From the NCBI RefSeq assembly GCF_009914755.1, contig NC_060933.1: a DNA stretch of 64,000 nt, one strand, 5' to 3'. Made by a program: the position numbers and the translations under genes. Positions 13,601 to 27,000 of this stretch are shown here, one piece after another. The DNA is from the human T2T-CHM13v2.0 reference genome, Homo sapiens. The notes beneath the pieces were generated by a model. The model was not told the DNA's origin, did not search any database, and saw only the letters and a list, made by a program, of their open reading frames with translations. Position 1 is the stretch's first letter; each line of letters opens with the position of its first letter.

Positions 13601-16600
13601 GGGTTCAATTCGAATGGAATGGAAAGGAATGGAATCAACCCGAGTGCAATGGCATGGAATGGAATGGAATGGAATGGAATGGAATGGAATGGATTCAACC
13701 CAAATGGAATGGAAAGGAATGGAATAAACCCGAGTGGAATGGCATGGAATGGAGTGGAATGGAATGGAATGGAATGGAATGGAATGGAATGGAATTAACC
13801 CTAATAGAATGGAATGGAATCGAATGGAATGGAATAGAAGGGAATGGAATGGAATGGAATGGAATGGAATTAACCCGAATAGAATGGAATGGAATGGAAT
13901 GGAATGGAATGGAATGGAATCAACTCGATTTCATTGGAATGGAATGGAATGGAATGGAATGGAAGGGAATGGAATGGAATGGAATGAAATTAACCTGAAT
14001 AGAATGGAATGGAATGGAATGGAATGGAATGGAATGGAATGGAATGGAATAGAATGTAATTCAACCGAGTGCAGGGGAATGGAATGGAATGGAATGCAAT
14101 GGAATGGAATCATACGGAATGGAATGGAATGGAATGGAATGCAATGGAATGGAATGGAATCAACCCGATTGCAATGGAATGGAGTGGAAAGGAATGTAAT
14201 GGAATGGAAACAACCCGAATGGAATGGAATGGAAAGGAATCGAATGGAATCAACCTGAGTGCAGGGGAATGGAATGGAATGGAATGCAATGGAATGGAAT
14301 GGAATGGAATGCAATGGAATGTAATGGAATGGAATGCAATGGAATCAACCCGAGTGCAATGTAATGGAATCGAATGGAATGGAATGGAATGGAATGGATT
14401 CAACCCGAATGGAATGGAAAGGAATGGAATAAACCCGAGTGGAATGGCATGGAGTGGAGTGGAATGGAATGGAATGGAATAGAATGGAATGGTACGGAAT
14501 AGAATGGAATGGAACGAAATGGAATGGAATGGAATGGAATGGAATGGAATGGAATGGAATGGAATCAAACCGAGTGCAGGGGAATGGAATGGAATTGAAG
14601 GCAATGGAATGGAATCATCCGGAATTGAATGGAATGGAATGGAATCAACTCGATTGCAATGGAATGGAATGGAATGGCATGGAATGGAATGGAATGGAAT
14701 GCAATGCAATGGAATGCAATGGAATGGAATGGAATTAACCCGAATAGAATGGAATGGAATGGAATGGAAGTAAATGGAATGGAAGGTAATGAACCCGAGT
14801 GCAGGGGAATGGAATGGAATGGAATGCAATGGAATGGAGTCATCCGGAATGGAACGGAAAGGAATGGAATGGAACCAACCCGTGTGCAATGGAATTGAAA
14901 GGAATGGAATGGAATGGAATGGAATGGAATGGAATGGAATGGATTCAACCCGAATGGAATGGAAAGGAAGGGAATCAACCCAAGTGGAATGGCATGGAAT
15001 GGAATGGATTGGAATGGAATGGAATGGAATGCTACCGAATAGAATGGAATGGAACGAAATGGAGTAGAATGGAATGGAATGGAATGCAATCAACCCGAGT
15101 GCAATGGAATGGAGTGGAATGGATTGGAATGGAATGGAAACAACCTGAATGGAATGGAATGAAATGGAGTGTAAGGGAATTGAATACAATCAAACCGAAT
15201 GTAATGGAATGGAATGGAACGGAATGGAATGGAATGGAATGGAATGGAATGCAGTGGAATGGAATCAAACCTAGTGCAATGGAATGGAATGGAATGGAAT
15301 GGAATGGAATGGAATGGAATCAATTCGATTGCAATGGAATGGAATTGAATGGAATGGAATGGAATGGAATGGGTTCAACTCGAATGGAATGGAAAGGAAT
15401 GGAATCAACCCGAGTGGAATGGCATGGAATGGAATGCAATGGAATGGAATGGAATGGAATGGAATGCAATGGAATGGAATGGAATGCAATGGAATCAACC
15501 CGAGTGCTATGTAATGGAATTGAATGGAATGGAATGGAATGGAATGGAATGGAATGGAATGGATTCAACCCGAATGGAATGGAAAGGAATGGAATAAACC
15601 CGAGTGGAATGGCATGGAATGGAGTGGAATGGAATGGAATGGAATGGAATGGAATGGAATGGTACGGAATAGAATGGAATGGAACGAAATGGAATGTAAT
15701 GTAATGGAATGGAATGGAATGGAATGAACCCGTGTGCAATGGAATGGAATGGAAAGGAATGGATTGGAATGGAATGAACCCGTGTGCAATGGAATGGAAT
15801 GGAATGGAATGGAATGGAATGGAATGGATTCAAGTCGAATGGAATGGAAAGGAATGGAATCAACCCGAGTGGAATGGCATGGAATGGAATGGAATGAAAT
15901 GGAATGGAATGGAATGGAATGGTAAGGAATAGAACGGAATGAAACGAAATGGAATGGAATGGAATGGAATGGAATGGAATGGAATGGAATGGAATGGAAT
16001 GGAAAGGAATTAACCTGAACAGAATGGAATGGAATGGAATGGAATGGAATGGAATGCAATGGAATGGAATCAATCAACCCGAGTGCAATAGAATGCAGTG
16101 GAATGGAATGGAATGGAATGGAATGGAATGGAATGGAATGGAATGAAATGGAATGGCAGGGAATGGAATGGAATCAACCCGAGTGCAAAGGAATGGAATG
16201 GAATGGAATGGAATGGATTCAACCCGAATGGAATGGAAAGGAATGGAATAAACCTGAGTGGAATCGCATGGAATGGAATGGAATGGAATGGAATGGAATG
16301 GTACGGAATAGAATGGAATGGAAAGTAATGGAATGGAATGGAATGGAATGGAATGGAATCAAACTGAGTGCAATGGAATGGAGTGGAATGGAATGTAATG
16401 GAATGGAAACAACCCGAATGTAATGGAATGTAATGGAGTGTAAGGGAATTGAATACAATCAATCCGAATGTAATGGAATGGAATGGAACGGAATGGAATG
16501 GAATGGAATGCAGTGGAATGGAATCAAACCTAGTGCAATGGAATGGAATGGAATGGAATGGAATGAAATGGAATGGAATGGAATGGAATGGAATGGAATG

Positions 16601-19600
16601 GATTGGATTCAACCCAAATGGAATGGAAAGCAATGGAATCAACCCGAGTGGAATGGCATGGAATTGAATGGAATGGAATGGAATGGAATGGAATGGTACA
16701 GAATAGAATGGAATGGAATGAAATGGAATGGAATGGAATGGAATGGAATGGAATGGAACGGAATGGAATGGAATCAACTCGATTGCAATGGAATGTAATG
16801 GAATGGAATGGAATGGAATTAACGCGAATAGAATGGAATGGAATGTAATGGAACGGAATGGAATGGAATGGGATGGAATGGAATCAATCTGAGTGCAGGG
16901 GAATGGAATGGAATGGAATGCAATGGAATGGAATGGAATGGAATGGAATGCAGTGGAATCAACTAGATTGCAATGGGATGGAATGGAATGGAATGGAATG
17001 GAAGGGAATGGAATGGAATGGAATTAACCTGAACAGAATGGAATGGAATGGAATGGAACGGAATGGAAGGGAATGGAATGGAATGGAATTAAGCTGAAGA
17101 GAATGGAATGGAATGGAATGGAACGGAATGGAATGGAATGGAATGGAATGGAATGCAATGGAATGGGATCAACCCGAGTGCAGGGGAATGGAATGGAATG
17201 GAATGCAATGGAATGGAATCAATCAACCCGAGTGCAATAGAATGCAGTGGAATGGAATGGAATGGAATGGAAAGTACCCGAATGCAAAGGAATGTAATGG
17301 AGTGTAAGGGAATTAAAAAGAATCAATCCGAATGTAATGGAATGCAAGGGAACGGAATAGAATGGAATGGAATGGAATGGAATGGAATGGAATGGAATGA
17401 AATGGAATGGAATGGAATGGAATGGAATGGATTCAACCCGAATGGAATGGAAAGGAATGGAATAAACCCGAGTGAAATGGCATGGAAGGGAATGGAATGG
17501 AATGGAATGGTAAGGAATAGAATGGAATGGAACGAAATGGAATGGAATGGAATGGAATGGAATGGAATGGAATGTAATGGAATGAACCCGTGTGCAATGG
17601 AATGGAATGGAATGGAATGGAATGGAATGGGTTCAACTAGAATGGAATGGAAAGGAATGGAATCAACCCGAGTGGAATGGCATGGAATGGAATGGAAAGG
17701 AATGGAATGGAATGGAATGGAATGGAATGGAATGGAATGGAATGAAATGGAATGGAAGGGAATGGATTGAAATGGAATGGAATGGAATGGAATCAACCCG
17801 AGTGCAATGTAATGGAATTGAATGGAATGGAATGGAATGGAATGGAATGAATTCAACCCGAATGGAATGGAAAGGAATGGAATAAACCCGAGTGGAATGG
17901 CATGGAATGGATTGGAATGGAATGGAATGGAATACTACGGAAGAGAATGGAATGGAACGAAATGGAATGGAATGGAATGGAATGGAATGGAATGAACACG
18001 TGAGCAATGGAATGGAATCGAATGGAATGGAATGGAATGGAATGGATTCAACTCGAATGGAATGGAAAGGAATGGAATCAACCCGAGTGGAATGGCATGG
18101 AATGGAATGGAATGGAATGGAATGGAACGGAATGGAATGGAATCAACTCGATTGCAAAGGAATGTAATGGAATGGAATGGAACGGAATTAACGCAAATAG
18201 AATGGAATGGAAAGGAATGGAAAGGAATGGAATGGAAAGGAATGGAATGGAATCAATCTGAGTGCAGGGGAATGGAATGGAATGGAGTGCAATGGAATGG
18301 AAAGGAATGGAATGCAATGGAATCACCTCGATTGCAATGGGATGGAATGGAATGGAATGGAATGGAAGGGAATGGAATGGAATGGAATTAACCTGAACAG
18401 AATGGAATGGAATGGTATGGAATGGAATGGAATGGAATGGAATGCAATGCAATGGAATGGAATCAATCAACGCGAGTGCAATAGAATGCAGTGGAATGGA
18501 ATGGAATGGAATGGAAAGTACCCGAATGGAATGGAATGGAATGGAGTGTAAGGGAATTAAAAAGAATCAATCCGAATGTAATGGAATGGAATTGAAAGGA
18601 AAGTAATGGAATGGAATGGAATGGAATGGAATGGAATGGAATGGAATGAAATGGAATGGCATAGAATGGAATGGAATCAACCCGAGCGCAATGGAATGGA
18701 ATGGAATGGAATGGAATGGAATGGAATGGAATGGATTCAACCCGAATGGAATGGAAAGGAATGGAATAAACCCGAGTGAAATGGCATGGAAGGGAATGGA
18801 ATGGAATGGAATGGTACGGAGTAGAATGGAATGGAACGAAATGGAATGGAATGGAATGGAATGGAATGGAATGGAATGGAATGAACCCGTGAGCAATGGA
18901 ATGGAATGGAATGGAATGGAATGGAATGGAATGGAATGGGTTCAATTCGAATGGAATGGAAAGGAATGGAATCAACCCGAGTGCAATGGCATGCAATGGA
19001 ATGGAATGGAATGGAATGGAATGGAATGGAATGGAATGGATTCAACCCAAATGGAATGGAAAGGAATGGAATAAACCCGAGTGGAATGGCATGGAATGGA
19101 GTGGAATGGAATGGAATGGAATGGAATGGAATGGAATGGAATTAACCCTAATAGAATGGAATGGAATCGAATGGAATGGAATAGAAGGGAATGGAATGGA
19201 ATGGAATGGAATGGAATGGAATTAACCCGAATAGAATGGAATGGAATGGAATGGAATGGAATGGAATGGAATGGAATCAACTCGATTTCAATGGAATGGA
19301 ATGGAATGGAATGGAATGGAATGGAAGGGAATGGAATGGAATGGAATGAAATTAACCTGAATAGAATGGAATGGAATGGAATGGAATGGAATGGAATGGA
19401 ATGGAATAGAATGTAATCCAACCGAGTGCAGGGGAATGGAATGGAATGGAATGCAATGGAATGGAATCATACGGAATGGAATGGAATGGAATGGAATGCA
19501 ATGGAATGGAATGGAATCAACCCGATTGCAATGGAATGGAGTGGAATGGAATGGAATGGAATGGAAACAACCCGAATGGAATGGAATGGAAAGGAATCGA

Positions 19601-21315
19601 ATGGAATCAACCTGAGTGCAGGGGAATGGAATGGAATGGAATGCAATGGAATGTAATGGAATGGAATGCAATGGAATCAACCCGAGTGCAATGTAATGGA
19701 ATCGAATGGAATGGAATGGAATGGAATGGATTCAACCCGAATGGAATGGAAAGGAATGGAATAAACCCGAGTGGAATGGCATGGAGTGGAGTGGAATGGA
19801 ATGGAATGGAATAGAATGGAATGGTACGGAATAGAATGGAATGGAACGAAATGGAATGGAATGGAATGGAATGGAATGGAATGGAATGGAATGGAATCAA
19901 ACCGAGTGCAGGGGAATGGAATGGAATTGAAGGCAATGGAATGGAATCATCCGGAATTGAATGGAATGGAATGGAATCAACTCGATTGCAATGGAATGGA
20001 ATGGAATGGCATGGAATGGAATGGAATGGAATGCAATGCAATGGAATGCAATGGAATGGAATGGAATTAACCCGAATAGAATGGAATGGAATGGAATGGA
20101 AGTAAATGGAATGGAAGGTAATGAACCCGAGTGCAGGGGAATGGAATGGAATGGAATGCAATGGAATGGAGTCATCCGGAATGGAACGGAAAGGAATGGA
20201 ATGGAACCAACCCGTGTGCAATGGAATTGAAAGGAATGGAATGGAATGGAATGGAATGGAATGGAATGGAATGGAATGGATTCAACCCGAATGGAATGGA
20301 AAGGAAGGGAATCAACCCAAGTGGAATGGCATGGAATGGAATGGATTGGAATGGAATGGAATGGAATGCTACCGAATAGAATGGAATGGAACGAAATGGA
20401 GTAGAATGGAATGGAATGGAATGCAATCAACCCGAGTGCAATGGAATGGAGTGGAATGGATTGGAATGGAATGGAAACAACCTGAATGGAATGGAATGAA
20501 ATGGAGTGTAAGGGAATTGAATACAATCAAACAGAATGTAATGGAATGGAATGGAACGGAATGGAATGGAATGGAATGGAATGGAATGCAGTGGAATGGA
20601 ATCAAACCTAGTGCAATGGAATGGAATGGAATGGAATGGAATGGAATGGAATGGAATCAATTCGATTGCAATGGAATGGAATTGAATGGAATGGAATGGA
20701 ATGGGTTCAACTCGAATGGAATGGAAAGGAATGGAATCAACCCGAGTGGAATGGCATGGAATGGAATGCAATGGAATGGAATGGAATGGAATGGAATGCA
20801 ATGGAATGGAATGGAATGCAATGGAATCAACCCGAGTGCTATGTAATGGAATTGAATGGAAAGGAATGGAATGGAATGGAATGGATTCAACCCGAATGGA
20901 ATGGAAAGGAATGGAATAAACCCGAGTGGAATGGCATGGAATGGAGTGGAATGGAATGGAATGCAATGGAATGGAATGGAATGGTACGGAATAGAATGGA
21001 ATGGAACGAAATGGAATGTAATGTAATGGAATGGAATGGAATGGAATGAACCCGTGTGCAATGGAATGGAATGGAAAGGAATGGATTGGAATGGAATGAA
21101 CCCGTGTGCAATGGAATGGAATGGAATGGAATGGAATGGAATGGAATGGATTCAAGTCGAATGGAATGGAAAGGAATGGAATCAACCCGAGTGGAATGGC
21201 ATGGAATGGAATGGAATGAAATGGAATGGAATGGAATGGAATGGTACGGAATAGAACGGAATGAAACGAAATGGAATGGAATGGAATGGAATGGAATGGA
21301 ATGGAATGGAAAGGA
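10632..21315 (+). repeat. ~5.3-kb tandem duplication (copy 1 ~10632-16005, copy 2 ~16006-21315)
   Basis: atcgcatgg 10911/16263, attaagctgaagag 11741/17088, tactacggaagag 12631/17933, cgagcgca 13371/18683, gctaccga 15031/20368, caagtcga 15831/21153 (offsets 5302-5352). Confidence 0.92.
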
Positions 21316-23699
21316 ATGGAATGGAATCAACCCGAGTGCAGGTGAATGGAATGGAATGGAAGGCAATGGAATGCAATCATCCGGAATTGAATGGAATGGA
21401 ATGGAATGGAATGGAATCAACTCGATTGCAATGGAATGTAATGGAATGGAATGGAATGGAATTAACCCTAATAGAATGGAATGGAATGGAATGGAAGGGA
21501 ATGGAATGGAATGGAATGGAATGGAATTAACCGGAATAGAATGTAATGGAATGGAATGGAATGTAATGGAATGGAATGGAATGAAATGGAATCAACTCGA
21601 TTTCAATGGAATGGAATGGAATGGAATGGAATGGCATGGAATGGAATGAAATTAACCTGAATAGAATGGAATGGAATGGAATGGAATGGAATGGAATGGA
21701 ATGGAATGGAATGGAATGGAATAGAGTGGAATGGAATGGAATGGAATAGAATGGAATCCACCCGAGTGCAGGGGAATGGAATGGAATGGAATGCAATGGA
21801 ATGGAATCATACGGAATGGAATGGAATGGAAAGGAATGGAATCAACCCGATTGCAATGGAATGGAGTGGAATGGAATGGAATGGAATGGAAACAACCCGA
21901 ATGGAATGGAATGGAATGGAATGGATTGTAAGGGAATTGAATAGAATCAATACGAATGTAATGGAATGGAATGGAACGGAATGGAATGCAATGGAATGGA
22001 ATGGAATCCAATGGAATGGGTTCAACCCGAGTGCAATGGAATGGAATCGAAAGTAAAGGAATGGAATGGAATGGATTCAACACGAATGGAATGGAAAGGA
22101 ATGGAATCAACCCGAGTGGAATGGAATTTAATGGAATGGAATGGAATGGAATGCAGTGAAATGGAATCAAACCTAGTGCAATGGAATGGAATGGAATGGA
22201 ATGGAATGGAATGGAATGGATTAGATTCAACCCAAATGGAATGGAAAGCAATGGAATCAACCCGAGTGGAATGGCATGGAATGGAATGGAATGGAATGGA
22301 ATGGAAAGGTACGGAATAGAATGGAATGGAACGAAATGGAATGGAATGGGATGGAATGGAATGGAATGGAATGGAATGGAATAGAATGGAATCCACCCGA
22401 TTACAGGGGAATGGAATGGAATGGAATGCAAAGGAATGGAATGGAATGGATTCAACCCGAATGGAATGGAAAGGAAAGGAATAATCCCGAGTGAAATGGC
22501 ATGGAAGGGAATGGAATGGAATGGAACGGTACGGAGTAGAATGGAATGGAACGAAATGGAATGGAATGGAATGGAATGGAATGAACCCGTGAGCAATGGA
22601 ATGGAATGGAATGGAATGGAATGGAATTTGTTCAACTCGAATGGAATGGAAAGGAATGGAATCAACCCGAGTGGAATGGCATGGAATGGAATGGAATGGA
22701 ATGTAATGGAATGGAATGGAATGGAATGGATTCAACCCGAATGGAATGGAAAGGAATGGAATAAACCCGAGTGGAATGGCATGGAACGGAGTGGAATGGA
22801 ATGGAATGGAAGGGAATGGTACGGAATAGAATGGAATGGAACGAAATGGAATGGAATGGAACGGAATGGAATGGAATGGAATGGAAAGGAATGAACCCGT
22901 GTGCAATTGAATGGAATCGAATGGAATGGAATGCAATGGAATGGGTTCAACTAGAATGGAATGGAAAGGAATGGAATCAACCCGAGTGGAATAGCATGGT
23001 ATGGAATGGAATGGAATGGAATGGAATGGAAAGGTACGGAATAGAATGGAATGGAACGAAATGGAATGGAATGGAATGGAATGAATGGAATGGAATGGAA
23101 TAGAATGGAATCCACCCGATTGCAGGGTAATGGAATGGAACGGAATGCAATGGAATGGAATGGAATGGATTCAACCCGAATGGAATGGAAAGGAATGGAA
23201 TCAACCCGAGTGGAATGGCATGGAATGGAATGGAATGGAATGGAATAGTACGGAATAGAATGGAATGGAACGAAATGGAATGGAATGGAATCAACCTGAG
23301 TGCAATGGAATGGAGTGGAATGGAATGTAATGGAACGGAAACAACCCGAATGGAATGGAATGTAATGGAGTTTAAGGGAATTGAATACAATCAATCCGAA
23401 TGTAATGGAATGGAATGGAACGGAATGGAATGGAATGGAATGGAATGGAATGGAATGGAATGAAATGGAATGGCAGGGAATGGAATGGAATCAACCCGAG
23501 TGCAAAGGAATGGAATGGAATGGAATGGAAGGGAATGGAATGGAATGGATTCAACCCGAACGGAATGGAAAGGAATGTAATAAACCTGAGTGGAATGGCA
23601 TGGAATGGAATGGAATGGAATGGAATGGTACGGAATAGAATGGAATGGAACGAAATGGAATGGAATGGAATGCAATGGAATGGAATCAACCTGAGTGCA

Positions 23700-24030
23700 A
23701 TGGAATGGAGTGGAATGGAATGAAATGGAATGGAAACAACCCGAATGGAATGGAATGTAATGGAGTGTAAGGGAATTGAATACAATCAATCCGAATGTAA
23801 TGGATTGGAATGGAACGGAATGGAATGGAATGGAATGGTATGGAATGGAATGGAATGGTATGGAATAGAATGGAATGGAACGAATTGGAATGGAATGGAA
23901 TGGAGTGGAATGGAATGAAATGGAATGGAAACAACCCGAATGGAATGGAATGTAATGGAGTGTAAGGGAATTGAATACAATCAATCCGAATGTAATGGAT
24001 TGGAATGGAACGGAATGGAATGGAATGGAA
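23700..24030 (+). repeat. 195-bp-period local duplication
   Basis: gagtggaatggaatgaaatggaatggaaacaacccg...tacaatcaatccgaatgtaatggattgg is repeated at offset 195 (pseudo-ORF starts 23730/23925). Confidence 0.85.
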
Positions 24031-27000
24031 TGCCGTGGAATGTAATCAAACCTAGTGCAATGGAATGGAATGGAATGGAATGGAATGGAATGGAATGGAA
24101 TGGAATGGATTGGATTCAACCCAAATGGAATGGAAAGCAATGGAATCAACCCGAGTGGAATGGCATGGAATGGAATGGAATGGAATGGAATGGAATGGAA
24201 TGGAATGGTACAGAATAAAATGGAATGGAACGAAATGGAATGGAATGGAATGGAATGGAACGGAATGGAATGGAATCAACTCGATTGCAATGGAATGTAA
24301 TGGAATGGAATGGAATGGAATTAACGCGAATAGAATGGAATGGAATGTAATGGAACGGAATGGAATGGAATGGGATGGAATGGAATCAGTCTGAGTGCAG
24401 GTGAATGGAATGGAATGGAATGCAATGGAATGGAATGGAATGGAATGGAATGCAATGGAATCAACTAGATTGAAATGGGACGGAATGGAATGGAATGGAA
24501 TGGAAGGGAATGGAATGGAATGGAATTAACCTGAACAGAATGGAATGGAATGGAATGACACGGAATGGAAGGGAATGGAATGGAATGGAATTAACCTGAA
24601 CAGAATGGAATGGAATGGAATGGAACGGAATGGAATGGAATGGAATGGAATGGAATGGAATGGAATGCAATGAAATGGGATCAACCCGAGTGCAGGGGAA
24701 TGGAATGGAATGGAATGCAATGGAATGGAATCAATGAACCCGAGTGCAATAGAATGCAGTGGAATGGAATGGAATGGAATGGAAAGTACCCGAATGGAAT
24801 GGAATGGAATGGAGTGTAAGGGAATTAAAAAGAATCAATCCGAATGTAATGGAATGGAATGGAACGGAATGGAATGGAATGGAATGGAATCAACTCGATT
24901 GCAATGGAATGGAATGGAATGGAATGGAATGGAATGGAATGGAATGGAATGGAATGGAATTAACCCGAATAGAATGGAATGGAATGGAATGGAATGGAAT
25001 GGAATGGAATGGAAGGGAATGGAATGTAATGGAATGGAATGGAATTAACCCGAATAGAATGGAATGGAACGGAAAGGAAGGGAAAGGAATGGAATGTAAT
25101 CAACTCGAGTGCAGGGGAAAGCAATGCAATGGAATGAAATGGAATGGAGTCATACGGAATGGAAGGGAATGGAATGGAATCAACCAGAGTGCAATGGAAT
25201 GGAGTGGAATGGAATGGAATAGAATGGAAACAACACGAATGGAATAGAATGTATTGGAGTGTAAGGGAATTGAATAGAATCAATCCGAATGTAATTGAAT
25301 AGAACGGAAAGGAATGGAATGGAATGGAATGGAATGGAATGGAATGAAACGGAATGGCATGGAATGGAATGGAATCAACCCGAGTTCAATGGAATTGAAT
25401 GGAATGGAATGGAATGGAATGGAATGGAATGGAATGGAATGGAATTAACCCTACTAGAATGGAATGGAATGGAATGGAATGGAATAGAATGGAATGGAAT
25501 GGAATGGAATAGAATGGAATGGAAGGGAATGGAATGGAATGGAATGGAATGGAATTAACCCGAATAGAATGGAATGGAATGGAATGGAATGGAATGGAAT
25601 GGAATGGAATGGAATGGAATGGAATCAACTCGATTTCAATGGAATGGAATGGAATGGAATGAAATGCAATGGAAGGGAATGGAATGGAATGGAATGAAAT
25701 TAACCCGAATAGAATGGAATGGAATGGAATGGAATGGAATGGAATGGAATGGAATAGAATGGAATCCACCCGAGTGCAGGGGAATGGAATGGAATGGAAT
25801 GCAATGGAATGGAATCATACGGAATGGAATGGAATGGAATGGAATGCAATGGAATGGAATGGAATCAACCCGATTGCAATGGAATGGAGTGGAATGGAAT
25901 GGAATGGAATGGAAACAACCCGAATGGAATGGAATGTAATGGAGAGTAAGGGAATTGAATAGAATCAATACGAATGTAATGGAATGGAATGGAACGGAAT
26001 GGAATGCAATGGAATGGAATGGAATGCAATGGAATGGGATCAACCCGAGTGAAATGGAATGGAATCGAAAGGAATGGAATGGAATGGAATGGTTTCAACC
26101 CGAACGAAATGGAAAGGAATGGAATCAACCCGAGTGGAATGGAATGGAATGGAATGGAATGGAATGGAATGGAATGGGTTCAACTCGAATGGAATGGAAA
26201 GGAATGGAATCAACCCGAGTGGAATGGCATGGAATGGAATGGAATGGAATGGAATGGAATGGAAGGGAATGGAATGGAATGGAATTAACCTGAACAGAAT
26301 GGAAGGGAATGGAATGGAACGGAACGGAATGGAATGCAATGGAATGGAATGGAATGGAATGGAACGAAATGGAATGGAATGAAATGGAATGGAATGGAAT
26401 GGAATTAACCCGAATAGAATGAAAAGGAATGGAATGGAATGGAATGGAATGGAATGGAATGGAATGGAATGGAATGGAATGGAACGGAATAGAATGGAAT
26501 GGAACGAAATGGAATGGAATGAAATGGAATGGAATGGAATGGAATGGAATGGAATGGAATCAACCCGAGTGCAGGGGAATGGAATGGAATTGAAGGCAAT
26601 GGAATGGAATCATATGGAATTGAATGGAATGGAATGGAATCAACTCGATTGCAATGGAATGGAATGGAATGGAATGGAATGGAATGGAATGGAATGGAAT
26701 TAACCCGAATAGAATGGAATTGAATGGAATGGAATGGATTGGAAGTAAATGGAATGGAATGTAATGAACCCGAGGGCAGGGGAATGGAATGGAATGGAAT
26801 GCAATGGAATTGAGTCATCCGGAATGGAACAGAAAGGAATGGAATGGAATCAACCCGTGTGCAATGGAATGGAAAGGAATGGAATGGAATGGAATGGAAT
26901 GGAAAGGATTCAAACCGAATGGAATGGAAAGGAAGGGAATCAACCCAAGTGGAATGGCATGGAATGGAATGGAATGGAATGGAACGGAATGGTACCGAAT

